Assembly (NCBI GenBank): GCA_964584035.1
Contig: CAZOYL010000062.1
Location: 1-14,473, forward strand
Origin: an uncultured Gemmatimonadota bacterium
GTDB taxonomy: Bacteria > SM23-81
Length of the DNA stretch: 14,473 bases
Reading direction: 5' to 3'
Shown here: in pieces, positions 6,686 to 14,473 of the stretch
Numbering within the stretch: the first letter of the stretch is position 1
Layout: every line of letters starts with the position of its first letter
The notes under the pieces: model-generated
Seen by the model: only the letters and a program-made list of their open reading frames with translations
Database searches by the model: none
Told to the model about the DNA's origin: nothing
Program-made: the position numbers and the translations under genes

Positions 6686-7363
6686 TCAAGCGGGCACCAG
6701 GCCCAACGCCTTCAGGACCTGTTCCGTTCCGACGTCATCCTTCAAACTGGCCTTGACCACCATGGCCCCGGGGTTGACGGCGGCGACATCCGCCGCCAGC
6801 TGATCGGGATCCACCCCCATGGCTCCGGCCAGCTCCACCTTATTAATCACCACCACGCTGGCCTCGGCGAAGATGTAAGGATGTTTCACCACCATATAGG
6901 GTCCCTCGGTGACCGAGACGACCACCACCCGCTTCTGAGCCCCCAGGGGGAATTCGGCCGGGCAGATGAGGTTTCCCACATTCTCGACAAACAGCACATC
7001 CAGATCTTCCAGCGGAAGATCATGCAGCGCCTTGCCGACCAGATTGGCGTCCAGGTGACACTCCTTGCCGGTGTTCACCTCCACAACCCGTGCGCCATGC
7101 CGCTCGATGCGCTCCGCATCGATGGTCGTGGTCAGGTCGCCGGCCACCACGCCCACCTCCATGGAGCCGGCCAGACGGGCGCTGATCCGCTCGATGAGCG
7201 TGGTCTTTCCGGAACCGATCGATCCCATCACGTCGATGGCCTCGATGCCATACTGCTGCAGCAACCGCGCATTGGTTTCGGCGATCTCCCGGTTTTTTTT
7301 CAGCAGGTCCTCTTCCAGCTCGATGTCGAAGCTTTCTCCGTCTTGAAACTGTACCACCTTCAT
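6686..7363 (-). CDS. hypB: Hydrogenase nickel-insertion GTPase HypB, 225 aa
   Basis: P-loop GSIGSGKT, NTGKECHLDA, ENVGNLICPA, SVTEG and NKVE (G4). ATGA overlap with the hypD stop. Confidence 0.96.
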   Translation of the reverse strand: MKVVQFQDGESFDIELEEDLLKKNREIAETNARLLQQYGIEAIDVMGSIGSGKTTLIERISARLAGSMEVGVVAGDLTTTIDAERIERHGARVVEVNTGKECHLDANLVGKALHDLPLEDLDVLFVENVGNLICPAEFPLGAQKRVVVVSVTEGPYMVVKHPYIFAEASVVVINKVELAGAMGVDPDQLAADVAAVNPGAMVVKASLKDDVGTEQVLKALGLVPA

Positions 7364-8466
7364 GAATTCCCCCCATGATCATGGCGTCCGTAACGATAGT
7401 GCGCCGCACAGGTCCCCTCCGAGGAGACCATGCAGGCGCCCACGGGATGCAACGGCGTGCACTGGTCGGCGAACAGTTCGCAGTCCACCGGACGTTTGCG
7501 GCCCCGCAGGATAAGGCCGCAGATGCATCCGGGATGCTCGACGGGCGGCTCGACGACCACCGGCAGCGCGGCCCCGGCATCGTATTCCCGGTAGGCCTCT
7601 CGAAGGGACAGGCCACTATCCGGGATGGAGCCCAACCCCCGCCACTCGTCATCCCGGGTGGCGAAGACCTCCTCTAACAGGGCCAGAGCTCTTGGATTGC
7701 CTTCATCAGGGACCACCCGCCGGTACTGATTCTCGACCCGGGCCTGTCCCTGTACGATCTGCTGAACCAGCATGAGGATGGATTGCAGGATGTCGGTGGG
7801 CTCAAAGCCGGAGATGACGCAGGCGATACCATGATCGGAGGCCAGAAACCGGTACATCCCCTTTCCGGTCACGGCGCTGACATGGCCGGGGCAGATCAAT
7901 CCCTTCAGGCCGAGCTGCTCATCATCCACCAGCAATCGCAGGGCCGGCGGCAGGATCTTATTCCCAGCCAGCACGAAAAAGTTGTTCATCCCCTGACGGC
8001 GGGCGTCGGCCAGCACAGCCGCCACCAGCGGAGCGGTGGTCTCAAATCCGATCCCCAGGAAGACGATCTTTTTTTGGGGATATCTCCCGGCCAGTTCGAG
8101 GGCGTCGGCGGGGGAATAGATCAGCTGCACCCGGCCGCCGGCGCCACGCTCGCGGATCAGCGAGGAGCGCGAGCCGGGGACACGAAGCATGTCACCGAAG
8201 GTAGCCACCAGAATGTCTTCCTGCCGGCAGTACTCGATGGCCCGATCGAGATAGCCGTTGGGCGTCACGCAAACCGGGCACCCGGGACCCGACAGCAGAC
8301 GGATATTGGCCGGCAGCAGCTGTTTGAGTCCGTATTGGAAGATGGCCATGGTGTGCGTCCCGCAGACCTCCATGAGGGTCATCTCCCGGTCACCGGAGGC
8401 ACGGGCGATGCGGTCGGACAGCCGGCGGCACAGTCCGGCGTCGCGGTACTCATCCAGATGTTCCAT
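7360..8466 (-). CDS. hypD: Hydrogenase maturation protein HypD, 368 aa
   Basis: Start moved to ATG 8466 (MEHLDEYRD). Motifs MEVCGTH, GPGCPVC, GFETT, PGHVS and the C-terminal Fe-S cysteines CIC...DC...QC...GACMVSSEGTC. Confidence 0.97.
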   Translation of the reverse strand: MEHLDEYRDAGLCRRLSDRIARASGDREMTLMEVCGTHTMAIFQYGLKQLLPANIRLLSGPGCPVCVTPNGYLDRAIEYCRQEDILVATFGDMLRVPGSRSSLIRERGAGGRVQLIYSPADALELAGRYPQKKIVFLGIGFETTAPLVAAVLADARRQGMNNFFVLAGNKILPPALRLLVDDEQLGLKGLICPGHVSAVTGKGMYRFLASDHGIACVISGFEPTDILQSILMLVQQIVQGQARVENQYRRVVPDEGNPRALALLEEVFATRDDEWRGLGSIPDSGLSLREAYREYDAGAALPVVVEPPVEHPGCICGLILRGRKRPVDCELFADQCTPLHPVGACMVSSEGTCAAHYRYGRHDHGGNS

Positions 8467-8680
8467 CGTGCTCCAACATCTCCCTGAGCAGGGCCAGGGT
8501 CTCCTCGGCCTCCCGCCGATCGAGCTTCTGCAGGGCGAATCCGGCATGGACGATGATGTAATCGCCGATATTCACATCGCGGAGAAAGCGCAGATCGACC
8601 CGACGCGACACCCCGCCGATATCAGCCAGGCCCCGGTCCCCGCGGACCTCGGTCACCCGCATGGGCACGCTCAGACACAT
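8450..8680 (-). CDS. hypC: Hydrogenase assembly chaperone HypC/HupF, 76 aa
   Basis: N-terminal MCLSVP, GDYIIVHAGFAL and EAEETL. Overlaps both hypF and hypD. Confidence 0.97.
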   Translation of the reverse strand: MCLSVPMRVTEVRGDRGLADIGGVSRRVDLRFLRDVNIGDYIIVHAGFALQKLDRREAEETLALLREMLEHDGTSG

Positions 8681-11052
8681 GATGTCCCTCCCCCCTGGAG
8701 GAATACGGCCACAGCCGCCTGCCCAAGAGCCAGGCCCCCGTCATTGGGAGGCACCTGGTGATGGGTCAGAACCTCGAACTCTTCCTGCCTCAGCATATCG
8801 GCCGTCTCCGCGGCCAGGATGGCATTCTGGAAGCTGCCCCCGGTGAGAGCCACCCGGTTCAGACCGTCCTGTTTTCGGATCCTGCAACAGCACAAGACGG
8901 TCAGATCGGCCACCGAACGGTGAAACCGGCGGGCGATTTCCTCTCTGGGGCGGCCTCGCGCCAGATCATCGAGAATGTCTCTGATCAGAGGACCGGCTTC
9001 GGCGACCAGCCCGGGGTCGCGTTCCAGCAGCTTCCAGCCGTAGCCCGGCAGACCATCCGGAGCCTCCCGGGCGGCCGTCTCCAGGCTCACGGCGGCCTGC
9101 CCCTCGTATGTATTCTCCAGGCAAAAACCCAGCAGAGCCGAGACAGCGTCGAACAGGCGTCCCATGCTGGAGGCCGGAGGGCTATTGACGCTTCGCCTGA
9201 GCATATGAAGAACACCCGCCAGGGTATCCTCATCCTGGCCGAGCAGTTCTTTCGCTCGAGGGACCGCTTGCTCTCCGTAGATATCGTAGAGATAGCTCAG
9301 AGCCACACGCCAGGGCTGCCGATTGGCGGCATCGCCTCCGGGGAGAGGGATGTATTTCAGCTGCCCGCGGCGGCGGTAGTTTCCATAATCGGCGACCAGA
9401 AATTCGGCCCCCCAGATGTGACCGTCGGCACCATAGCCCATCCCGTCGAAGACGACCCCGATGACGGGTCCCCGGACGCCGTTGTCGGCCAGGCAGGCAG
9501 CCACGTGGGCATGGTGGTGCTGAACGGCCACCAGGCGCGGCGCCGTCCGGGAAGCTTCCCCCCTTCGAATTGCGTACTGGGTGGAAAAATATTGCGGATG
9601 AAGATCGTGGGCCAGAACCTGGGGCGTGATATCGAACAGGTGCTGGAACCGATCGACCATCTGCTCGAAAAATCGGTAGGTCTCCAGATTCTTCAGATCG
9701 CCGATGTGCTGGCTGAGAAATGCGTGATCTTCCCGGGCCAGGCAGAATGTGTTCTTCAGCTCGGGACCGCAGGCCAGTGTCGGCGGCCCGGAGAAGGGCA
9801 GCCGCAGCGGCACAGGCGCATATCCTCTGGCCCGGCGAAGCAGAACCGGTTCTCCGGCGATACATCTGAGGATGGAATCGTCGCAGCGGGTATGGATGTC
9901 ACGATTATGAAGGAGAAAGGCGTCGGCGATGCCGGACAGTTCTTCCACGGCCTCGCCGTTGCCGCTGATCAGCGGTTGGTCGCTGCGGTTGGCGCTGGTA
10001 GCCACCATAGCCCGGAGTCCCCCCGTGAGCAGCAGCGTGTGTACCGGGGCATACGGCAGCATCACGCCCAGGGTATCGTTTCCGGGCGCCACGGCCGGAC
10101 TGATCGGAGCCCGGCTTCGCCGCCGGAGCACCACGATGGGGCGCCGGGGAGAGGATAACTGGGCCTCTTCTTCCGTGGAGAGATGACAGCTTTTTCTGAC
10201 CGTCTCCAGGTCCGGCATCATCACGGCCAGCGGTTTTACCGGTCGCCGTTTACGGCGGCGCAGTTCCTGCACGGCTGCGGAGTTTGCGGCGTCGCAGCAC
10301 AGGTGGAACCCGCCCAGACCCCTGACGGCTAAAATCTTTCCGTTCTGAAGATGGTCCCGGGCTCTGCCCAGAGCCGTCTCTCCCCGGTCATCATCCCGAC
10401 CATCCCGATGAAAGATCAGATGGGGACCGCAATCCGGGCAGGCGTTGGGCTGGGCATGATAGCGGCGATGCTCGATGTCGCCATATTCGTCCCGGCAACG
10501 GCGGCACATGGAGAAATCGGCCATGGTCGTCATGGGCCGGTCGTAGGGCATGTCCCGGATGATGGTGAAGCGGGGGCCGCAATCGGTACAATTGATAAAC
10601 GGATACCGATGCCGGCGATCGTTCGGGTCGACCAATTCCTCGAGGCAGCGGTCGCAGGTGGCAATATCGGGCGGCACCAGGGCGAACTCATCTTCCCGCC
10701 GGAAGCTCTGCTCCACGGAAAAACTTGTTAATCCCTGCAGCGGAACCGGGTGATAGCTCTGGCCGGTGATCTGCGCCAGAGGCGGGGCTTCCCGGGAAAC
10801 TCGCCGGGTGAATTGCTGCACCCGCTGGTCGGGACCTTCCACCCGGATATCGACCCCCCCGGAGAAGTTCCTCACCGTCCCGGCCAGTCCGCATTCCCTG
10901 GCCAATCGATGGACGAAGGGCCGGAATCCGACGCCCTGGACCACTCCCCTGAGGGTGATGACGGCCCCCACGAGCGAGCCCTCTCCCCCGGCGGGATACG
11001 TCTGCCGGTCACCGGTCCGGTCACGAAGATCGATGCGAGCTTTCGATTTCAA
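8671..11052 (-). CDS. hypF: Carbamoyltransferase HypF, about 793 aa
   Basis: Acylphosphatase GVVQGVGFRPFV, two Zn fingers (CDRC...CTDC, CRRC...CPDC), GLGGFHL, QHHHAH, FDGMGYG, SSMGRLFD and PPNDGGLALGQ. Start placed at TTG 11052 (TTGA overlap with the protease stop, AAAGGA upstream); exact start uncertain. Confidence 0.96.
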   Translation of the reverse strand: MKSKARIDLRDRTGDRQTYPAGGEGSLVGAVITLRGVVQGVGFRPFVHRLARECGLAGTVRNFSGGVDIRVEGPDQRVQQFTRRVSREAPPLAQITGQSYHPVPLQGLTSFSVEQSFRREDEFALVPPDIATCDRCLEELVDPNDRRHRYPFINCTDCGPRFTIIRDMPYDRPMTTMADFSMCRRCRDEYGDIEHRRYHAQPNACPDCGPHLIFHRDGRDDDRGETALGRARDHLQNGKILAVRGLGGFHLCCDAANSAAVQELRRRKRRPVKPLAVMMPDLETVRKSCHLSTEEEAQLSSPRRPIVVLRRRSRAPISPAVAPGNDTLGVMLPYAPVHTLLLTGGLRAMVATSANRSDQPLISGNGEAVEELSGIADAFLLHNRDIHTRCDDSILRCIAGEPVLLRRARGYAPVPLRLPFSGPPTLACGPELKNTFCLAREDHAFLSQHIGDLKNLETYRFFEQMVDRFQHLFDITPQVLAHDLHPQYFSTQYAIRRGEASRTAPRLVAVQHHHAHVAACLADNGVRGPVIGVVFDGMGYGADGHIWGAEFLVADYGNYRRRGQLKYIPLPGGDAANRQPWRVALSYLYDIYGEQAVPRAKELLGQDEDTLAGVLHMLRRSVNSPPASSMGRLFDAVSALLGFCLENTYEGQAAVSLETAAREAPDGLPGYGWKLLERDPGLVAEAGPLIRDILDDLARGRPREEIARRFHRSVADLTVLCCCRIRKQDGLNRVALTGGSFQNAILAAETADMLRQEEFEVLTHHQVPPNDGGLALGQAAVAVFLQGGGTSCV

Positions 11053-11588
11053 CGAGGTCCTTTCTCTTCCAAGGCGGAGAAGGCCAGGGAGTGTAGCTCC
11101 CCGGTGACCCGTCGGACGACCTCCGGGATGGCCCTCTCGACCTCCTGCCCGCATCCCCGGCGCCATTCCCGGGAAATCTCGGTCTCTATGGCATAAACGA
11201 TAACCGTGTCCGGAAGGTCACCGCCGGCCCTCCGGCCGGTCTCCAGAATCCCGCGCAGCCCCATATGATGGACCGACCAGGGAATCACCTCCGAGGGCCC
11301 GGAAGCGGCCGGCAGATCATCTTCAGTCAGGCGATAGATCCGGCCCGGTTTTCCGTCCCCGGTCTGGATGGCGTCGATCAAGATCAATGCCCGGTAGCCG
11401 GCCATCAGGTCTAACAGAATCATGCCCGCGGCGCCGGTCTCCAGAACATCGGCATCCTGGACGATCGTCTTTTGTCGCCGCAGCTCCCGGACCACTCTGA
11501 GCCCCACGGCATCGTCGCCCAGACAGTCGTTGCCCAGGCCCAGGACCAATATTTTCTTCGCCTCCGTCATGTGGCTCGTCGATATCAT
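11049..11588 (-). CDS. [NiFe]-hydrogenase maturation endopeptidase (HybD/HycI family, peptidase A31)
   Basis: ILVLGLGNDCLGDDAVG, LILIDAI and SVHHMGL supply the Asp/Asp/His metal ligands. ATG 11588 overlaps the lpdA stop (ATGA); ATG 11570 is an alternative start. Confidence 0.94.
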   Translation of the reverse strand: MISTSHMTEAKKILVLGLGNDCLGDDAVGLRVVRELRRQKTIVQDADVLETGAAGMILLDLMAGYRALILIDAIQTGDGKPGRIYRLTEDDLPAASGPSEVIPWSVHHMGLRGILETGRRAGGDLPDTVIVYAIETEISREWRRGCGQEVERAIPEVVRRVTGELHSLAFSALEEKGPR

Positions 11589-13015
11589 CCGTGCCGCGGT
11601 CGGCCGTCGGCTTTCAGGGCCGTTTCCATGATCACCTCGGACAGGGTTGGATGCGCGTGGATGGTTGCGGCCAGGTCCCTCACCCGGCATCCGGTCTGCA
11701 GGGCCAGGGTCCCCTCGGCGATCAGATCGGTGGCCCGGGCGCCGACGATATGCAGACCCAGCACCCGGCCGGTTCCACTCTCCCAGACGATCTTGGCCTG
11801 GCCGGCCAATTCCCCCAGGGCATGTGCCTTGCCGATGGATCTGTACAACACCTTTTCGGCTCGCGCCGAAAGACCTTGATCGGCGGCCTGCGCTTCGGTC
11901 AGACCCGCATCGGCCACCTCGGGAATGGAGAAGACGGCGCTGGGAACGGCCTGATAGCTCATCACGGATGTCTCCCCGAGGGCATTCTCGGCGGCCACAA
12001 CGCCCTCGGCTGAGGCCACATGGGCCAGCATGATCTTCGACGGCCCGAGCGCATCGCCGATGGCGAAGACCCCCGGCCGGTCCGTCTGCATATGCTCGTC
12101 GACTGCCAGCCAGCCGCCCTCATCCGTCGTCAGGCCGACGCTTTTCAGCCCCAGCCGGGACGTGTCGGAGCGCCGGCCGATGCACACCAGCATCCGCTGG
12201 CAGATCTCTGTCCGGGACGTGACCGGTCCGGCTTTGCCCGGACCGGGTGGCCGCGGGGCGATCGTTACCCGGAGACCTTTTTGGGACCGCTCCAGGGATG
12301 TGACCGTATGTCCCAGGAAGACATCGATGTGCTGCTTTTTCATCTCCCGGGCCAGCGTGCCGGAACAGTCCGGGTCCACCGCAGGCTGCGGCAACAGCCG
12401 GTCCAGCGCTTCCACCAGGGTCACCCGAGCGCCCAGGGCGGAGAAAATACAGGCGAACTCACAGCCGATGGCCCCACCCCCCACAATCAGCAGCGACTCC
12501 GGCACCCGGTCCAGAAGGAAGACATCGCCGCTGGAGAGAATCTCCTTGCCGTCGAAGGGAATGCCGGTCAGAGCGGCCGGCCGGCTGCCCGTGGCCAGAA
12601 TCAACCGATCCCATGAAACGACCCGCTCCTCTCCGGTTCCGGCCCTGACCATGAGACGGCCGTCCCCGGAGACGGCGGCCGTCCCCCTGATCAGGTCGAT
12701 GCCGTGCTTTTTCAGGAGATGCTCGATGCCCTTGATCTGGTCGGCCACGATGCGGTTCTTATATTCCATCAGACGGACCATGTCCACCCTGGCCGGGGCC
12801 GCGGCGGGCAGGCCGAAGCTTTCTCCGCGGCGCCAGTGCACCATCAGATGGGCGACCGACTGCATGATCTTGGAGGGGATACAGCCCCAGTTCAGGCAGG
12901 TGCCGCCGACAGCCTCCTTCTCGATCAAGAATACCTCGGCGCCCATCTGGGCCGCTCGCAAGGCGGCCACATATCCGCCGGGTCCGGCGCCCACGATGGC
13001 GACTCTGGTTCTCAT
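11585..13015 (-). CDS. lpdA: Dihydrolipoyl dehydrogenase (E3 / L-protein), 476 aa
   Basis: FAD fold GAGPGGYVAALRAAQ, redox disulfide GGTCLNWGCIPSK, ATGS, NAD fold GGGAIGCE...VTLVE, AIGD, LAHVASAEG and catalytic HAHPTLSE. Strong SD GAGGTGAT (13026-13019). No N-terminal lipoyl domain. Confidence 0.95.
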   Translation of the reverse strand: MRTRVAIVGAGPGGYVAALRAAQMGAEVFLIEKEAVGGTCLNWGCIPSKIMQSVAHLMVHWRRGESFGLPAAAPARVDMVRLMEYKNRIVADQIKGIEHLLKKHGIDLIRGTAAVSGDGRLMVRAGTGEERVVSWDRLILATGSRPAALTGIPFDGKEILSSGDVFLLDRVPESLLIVGGGAIGCEFACIFSALGARVTLVEALDRLLPQPAVDPDCSGTLAREMKKQHIDVFLGHTVTSLERSQKGLRVTIAPRPPGPGKAGPVTSRTEICQRMLVCIGRRSDTSRLGLKSVGLTTDEGGWLAVDEHMQTDRPGVFAIGDALGPSKIMLAHVASAEGVVAAENALGETSVMSYQAVPSAVFSIPEVADAGLTEAQAADQGLSARAEKVLYRSIGKAHALGELAGQAKIVWESGTGRVLGLHIVGARATDLIAEGTLALQTGCRVRDLAATIHAHPTLSEVIMETALKADGRPRHG

Positions 13016-13067
13016 TCGATCACCTCATCGGTTCATGGATCATCGACGGCCGGCCGTATTACCCATA

Positions 13068-13102
13068 AAGAAGATAGTCCCGCACGGGGCGGGACTCTTC
13101 TT
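13068..13102 (-). terminator. GC-rich stem-loop between the hydrogenase gene and lpdA (possible leaky terminator or mRNA-stabilising hairpin)
   Basis: Minus strand AAGAAG-AGTCCCGC-cccgt-GCGGGACT-at-CTTCTT: perfect 8-bp inner stem plus a 6-bp outer stem. The pyrimidine tail is interrupted, with no clean U-tract. Confidence 0.5.
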
Positions 13103-13123
13103 CATCGCGGTGATATTCTCCTC

Positions 13124-14473
13124 TTAACGGGAGATGGTCTCCAGCAGCCGGCGGTCATGATCGCGGATCTCCACGGTCAGGGGCATCTCGCCCGGAAGCG
13201 AATGTGTGGCGCAGGCCAGACAGGGGTCGTAGGCCCGGAAGGCCATCTCTACCAGATTCAGCAATCCCTGGCTGACCTTCTGGCCTTTTTTGATCACGCC
13301 CTGGGCGGCCTTCTTCAGAGACATGCAGATGGCGGCATTATTATTGGTCGTCCCGACGATAAGATTGACCTTCTGGACGATCCCGTTCTCGTCGGTCTGG
13401 TAATGATGGATCAGCGTTCCCCGGGGAGCCTCCACCTGGCCCACGCCCTCGCTGGGCGTTTCGGTGGGAATCGTCCTCACCTCCGGACTGGTGATCTCTG
13501 GATCCTGAACAAGTTCCATCATCCGCTCGGCGGCATAGAGCATTTCGACCAGACGAGCCCAGTGCGTCGCCAGGGTGGCGTGGACCGGCTTGCCCCCCAG
13601 GGTGTCATAGAAACGCTGATACTGTTCCTGGGCCATCGGAGTGGCCATGCCATCGGCGGCATTGAGACGCGACAGTGGAGTGGCCTTATAGACGCCGCTG
13701 TCCGGACCGTCGACCAATCCTTTCCAGCCGATCTTTTTCAGATACGGGAATTTCAGGTAGGTCCAGGGCTCCACGTGCTCTTCCAGATGCTTCTCGTAGT
13801 CGGCGGCGGGAAACTTGGCAAATTCCTTGCCCTCGGTATCGACCACCCGCAACTGACCATCATAGAAGTTAACCCGGTTGTCTTCGTCTACCGTGCCGAT
13901 GGAGTATGTTTTATGGGCATAGGCATCGCTCACGATCAGGTCGACATATTGCTTGTTGGCCAGCACGATGTCGTCGAACAGCTTCAGGCTCCACTGGCTG
14001 AAGTCCACAGCCTCCTTAGCCACGGCCTCGATCTGCAGGCGCTCTTCTTCGTTGATGCTTTTGCTCACCCCCCCGGGCAGCGCGTTGACGGGATGAACCG
14101 TCCGCCCGCCCAGCATCTTGATGACGCCGTGAAGAGCATGCCGGGCATTGATTACGCGCAGGCCTGCTTCCTTGCCGACCCTGGCGATGACGCCTAGGAT
14201 ATTTCTCTCGCCCGGGCTGGCCTCGGGGCCGACCACGAAATCAGGACCACCCAGAATATAAAAATGGGTGGCGTGATCGGTGACATAAAAGGCGCTGTAC
14301 ATCAATTCCCTGATCTTCCTGGCGGCGCTGGGGATTTCCACCCCGTAGACAGCGTCGCAGGCCTTGGCCGAGGCCATGTGGTGAGCCTCGGGGCAAACCC
14401 CGCAGATGCGCGTGGTAATGCGGGGCAGCTCTTCCACGGGATGCCCTTCGCAGAATTTTTCGAAGCCCCGCAG
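13124..14473 (-). CDS. mvhA: Group 3 cytoplasmic [NiFe]-hydrogenase large subunit, MvhA/VhuA-like (probably group 3c); 5' end outside window
   Basis: Frame is open from the window edge: LRGFEKFCEGHPVEELPRITTRICGVCPEAHHMAS (L1 RxCxxC), VEAPRGTLIHHY, L2 EMAFRAYDPCLACATH, then a 25-aa cleavable C-terminal tail. The group 3c call rests on remembered motif resemblance, not a search. Confidence 0.9.
   Translation of the reverse strand: MRGFEKFCEGHPVEELPRITTRICGVCPEAHHMASAKACDAVYGVEIPSAARKIRELMYSAFYVTDHATHFYILGGPDFVVGPEASPGERNILGVIARVGKEAGLRVINARHALHGVIKMLGGRTVHPVNALPGGVSKSINEEERLQIEAVAKEAVDFSQWSLKLFDDIVLANKQYVDLIVSDAYAHKTYSIGTVDEDNRVNFYDGQLRVVDTEGKEFAKFPAADYEKHLEEHVEPWTYLKFPYLKKIGWKGLVDGPDSGVYKATPLSRLNAADGMATPMAQEQYQRFYDTLGGKPVHATLATHWARLVEMLYAAERMMELVQDPEITSPEVRTIPTETPSEGVGQVEAPRGTLIHHYQTDENGIVQKVNLIVGTTNNNAAICMSLKKAAQGVIKKGQKVSQGLLNLVEMAFRAYDPCLACATHSLPGEMPLTVEIRDHDRRLLETISR

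Noticed and set aside
11585..13015. Alternative identity as mercuric reductase, glutathione reductase or soluble transhydrogenase
   Set aside because: No C-terminal Cys-Cys pair; GPGGYVAALRAAQ, CLNWGCIPSK, LAHVAS and HPTLSE all fit dihydrolipoamide dehydrogenase.
13199..13240. Possible [NiFeSe] hydrogenase / selenocysteine in the L2 motif, with the downstream hairpin as a SECIS
   Set aside because: The L2 motif is encoded with Cys codons (DPC=TGT, LAC=TGC), and there is no in-frame TGA in the visible gene.
12704..14197. 497-aa plus-strand ORF (also 12030-13127, 8758-10158, 981-1871 and other long antisense ORFs)
   Set aside because: Antisense shadows of well-supported minus-strand genes in GC-rich DNA; no family motifs.
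1..14473. Mobile elements, CRISPR arrays, tRNA/rRNA genes, frameshifted pseudogenes
   Set aside because: None seen. The window is almost fully occupied by intact, tightly coupled CDSs and has no repeat-spacer periodicity.

Overview
All supported genes lie on the minus strand, in two tandem transcription units of an anaerobic bacterium (bacterial host inferred from a near-consensus sigma70 promoter and an intrinsic terminator). Unit 1 (>14473 to 5080) encodes a cytoplasmic group 3 (MvhA-like, probably 3c) [NiFe]-hydrogenase large subunit cut by the window edge, then a complete dihydrolipoamide dehydrogenase (lpdA), a hydrogenase maturation endopeptidase and hypF-C-D-B-A-E, ending at a terminator (4944-4973). 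Unit 2 starts at a TTGACT-N17-TATAAT promoter (4888-4916) and encodes Mrp-type membrane subunits in the order E-F-G-DUF4040-B(long)-C-D-D'. This matches the membrane arm of the archaeal MBX/MBS complex rather than a canonical mrpABCDEFG operon. The last subunit (906 to <1) is missing from the supplied ORF track. Most notable: lpdA is translationally coupled inside the hydrogenase operon (a possible lipoyl/NAD-linked Mvh system); the adjacent MBS-like ion pump has an MrpD-like subunit with Glu at both conserved central Lys positions; and HypB/HypA look archaeal-type among bacterial-type HypF/C/D/E.
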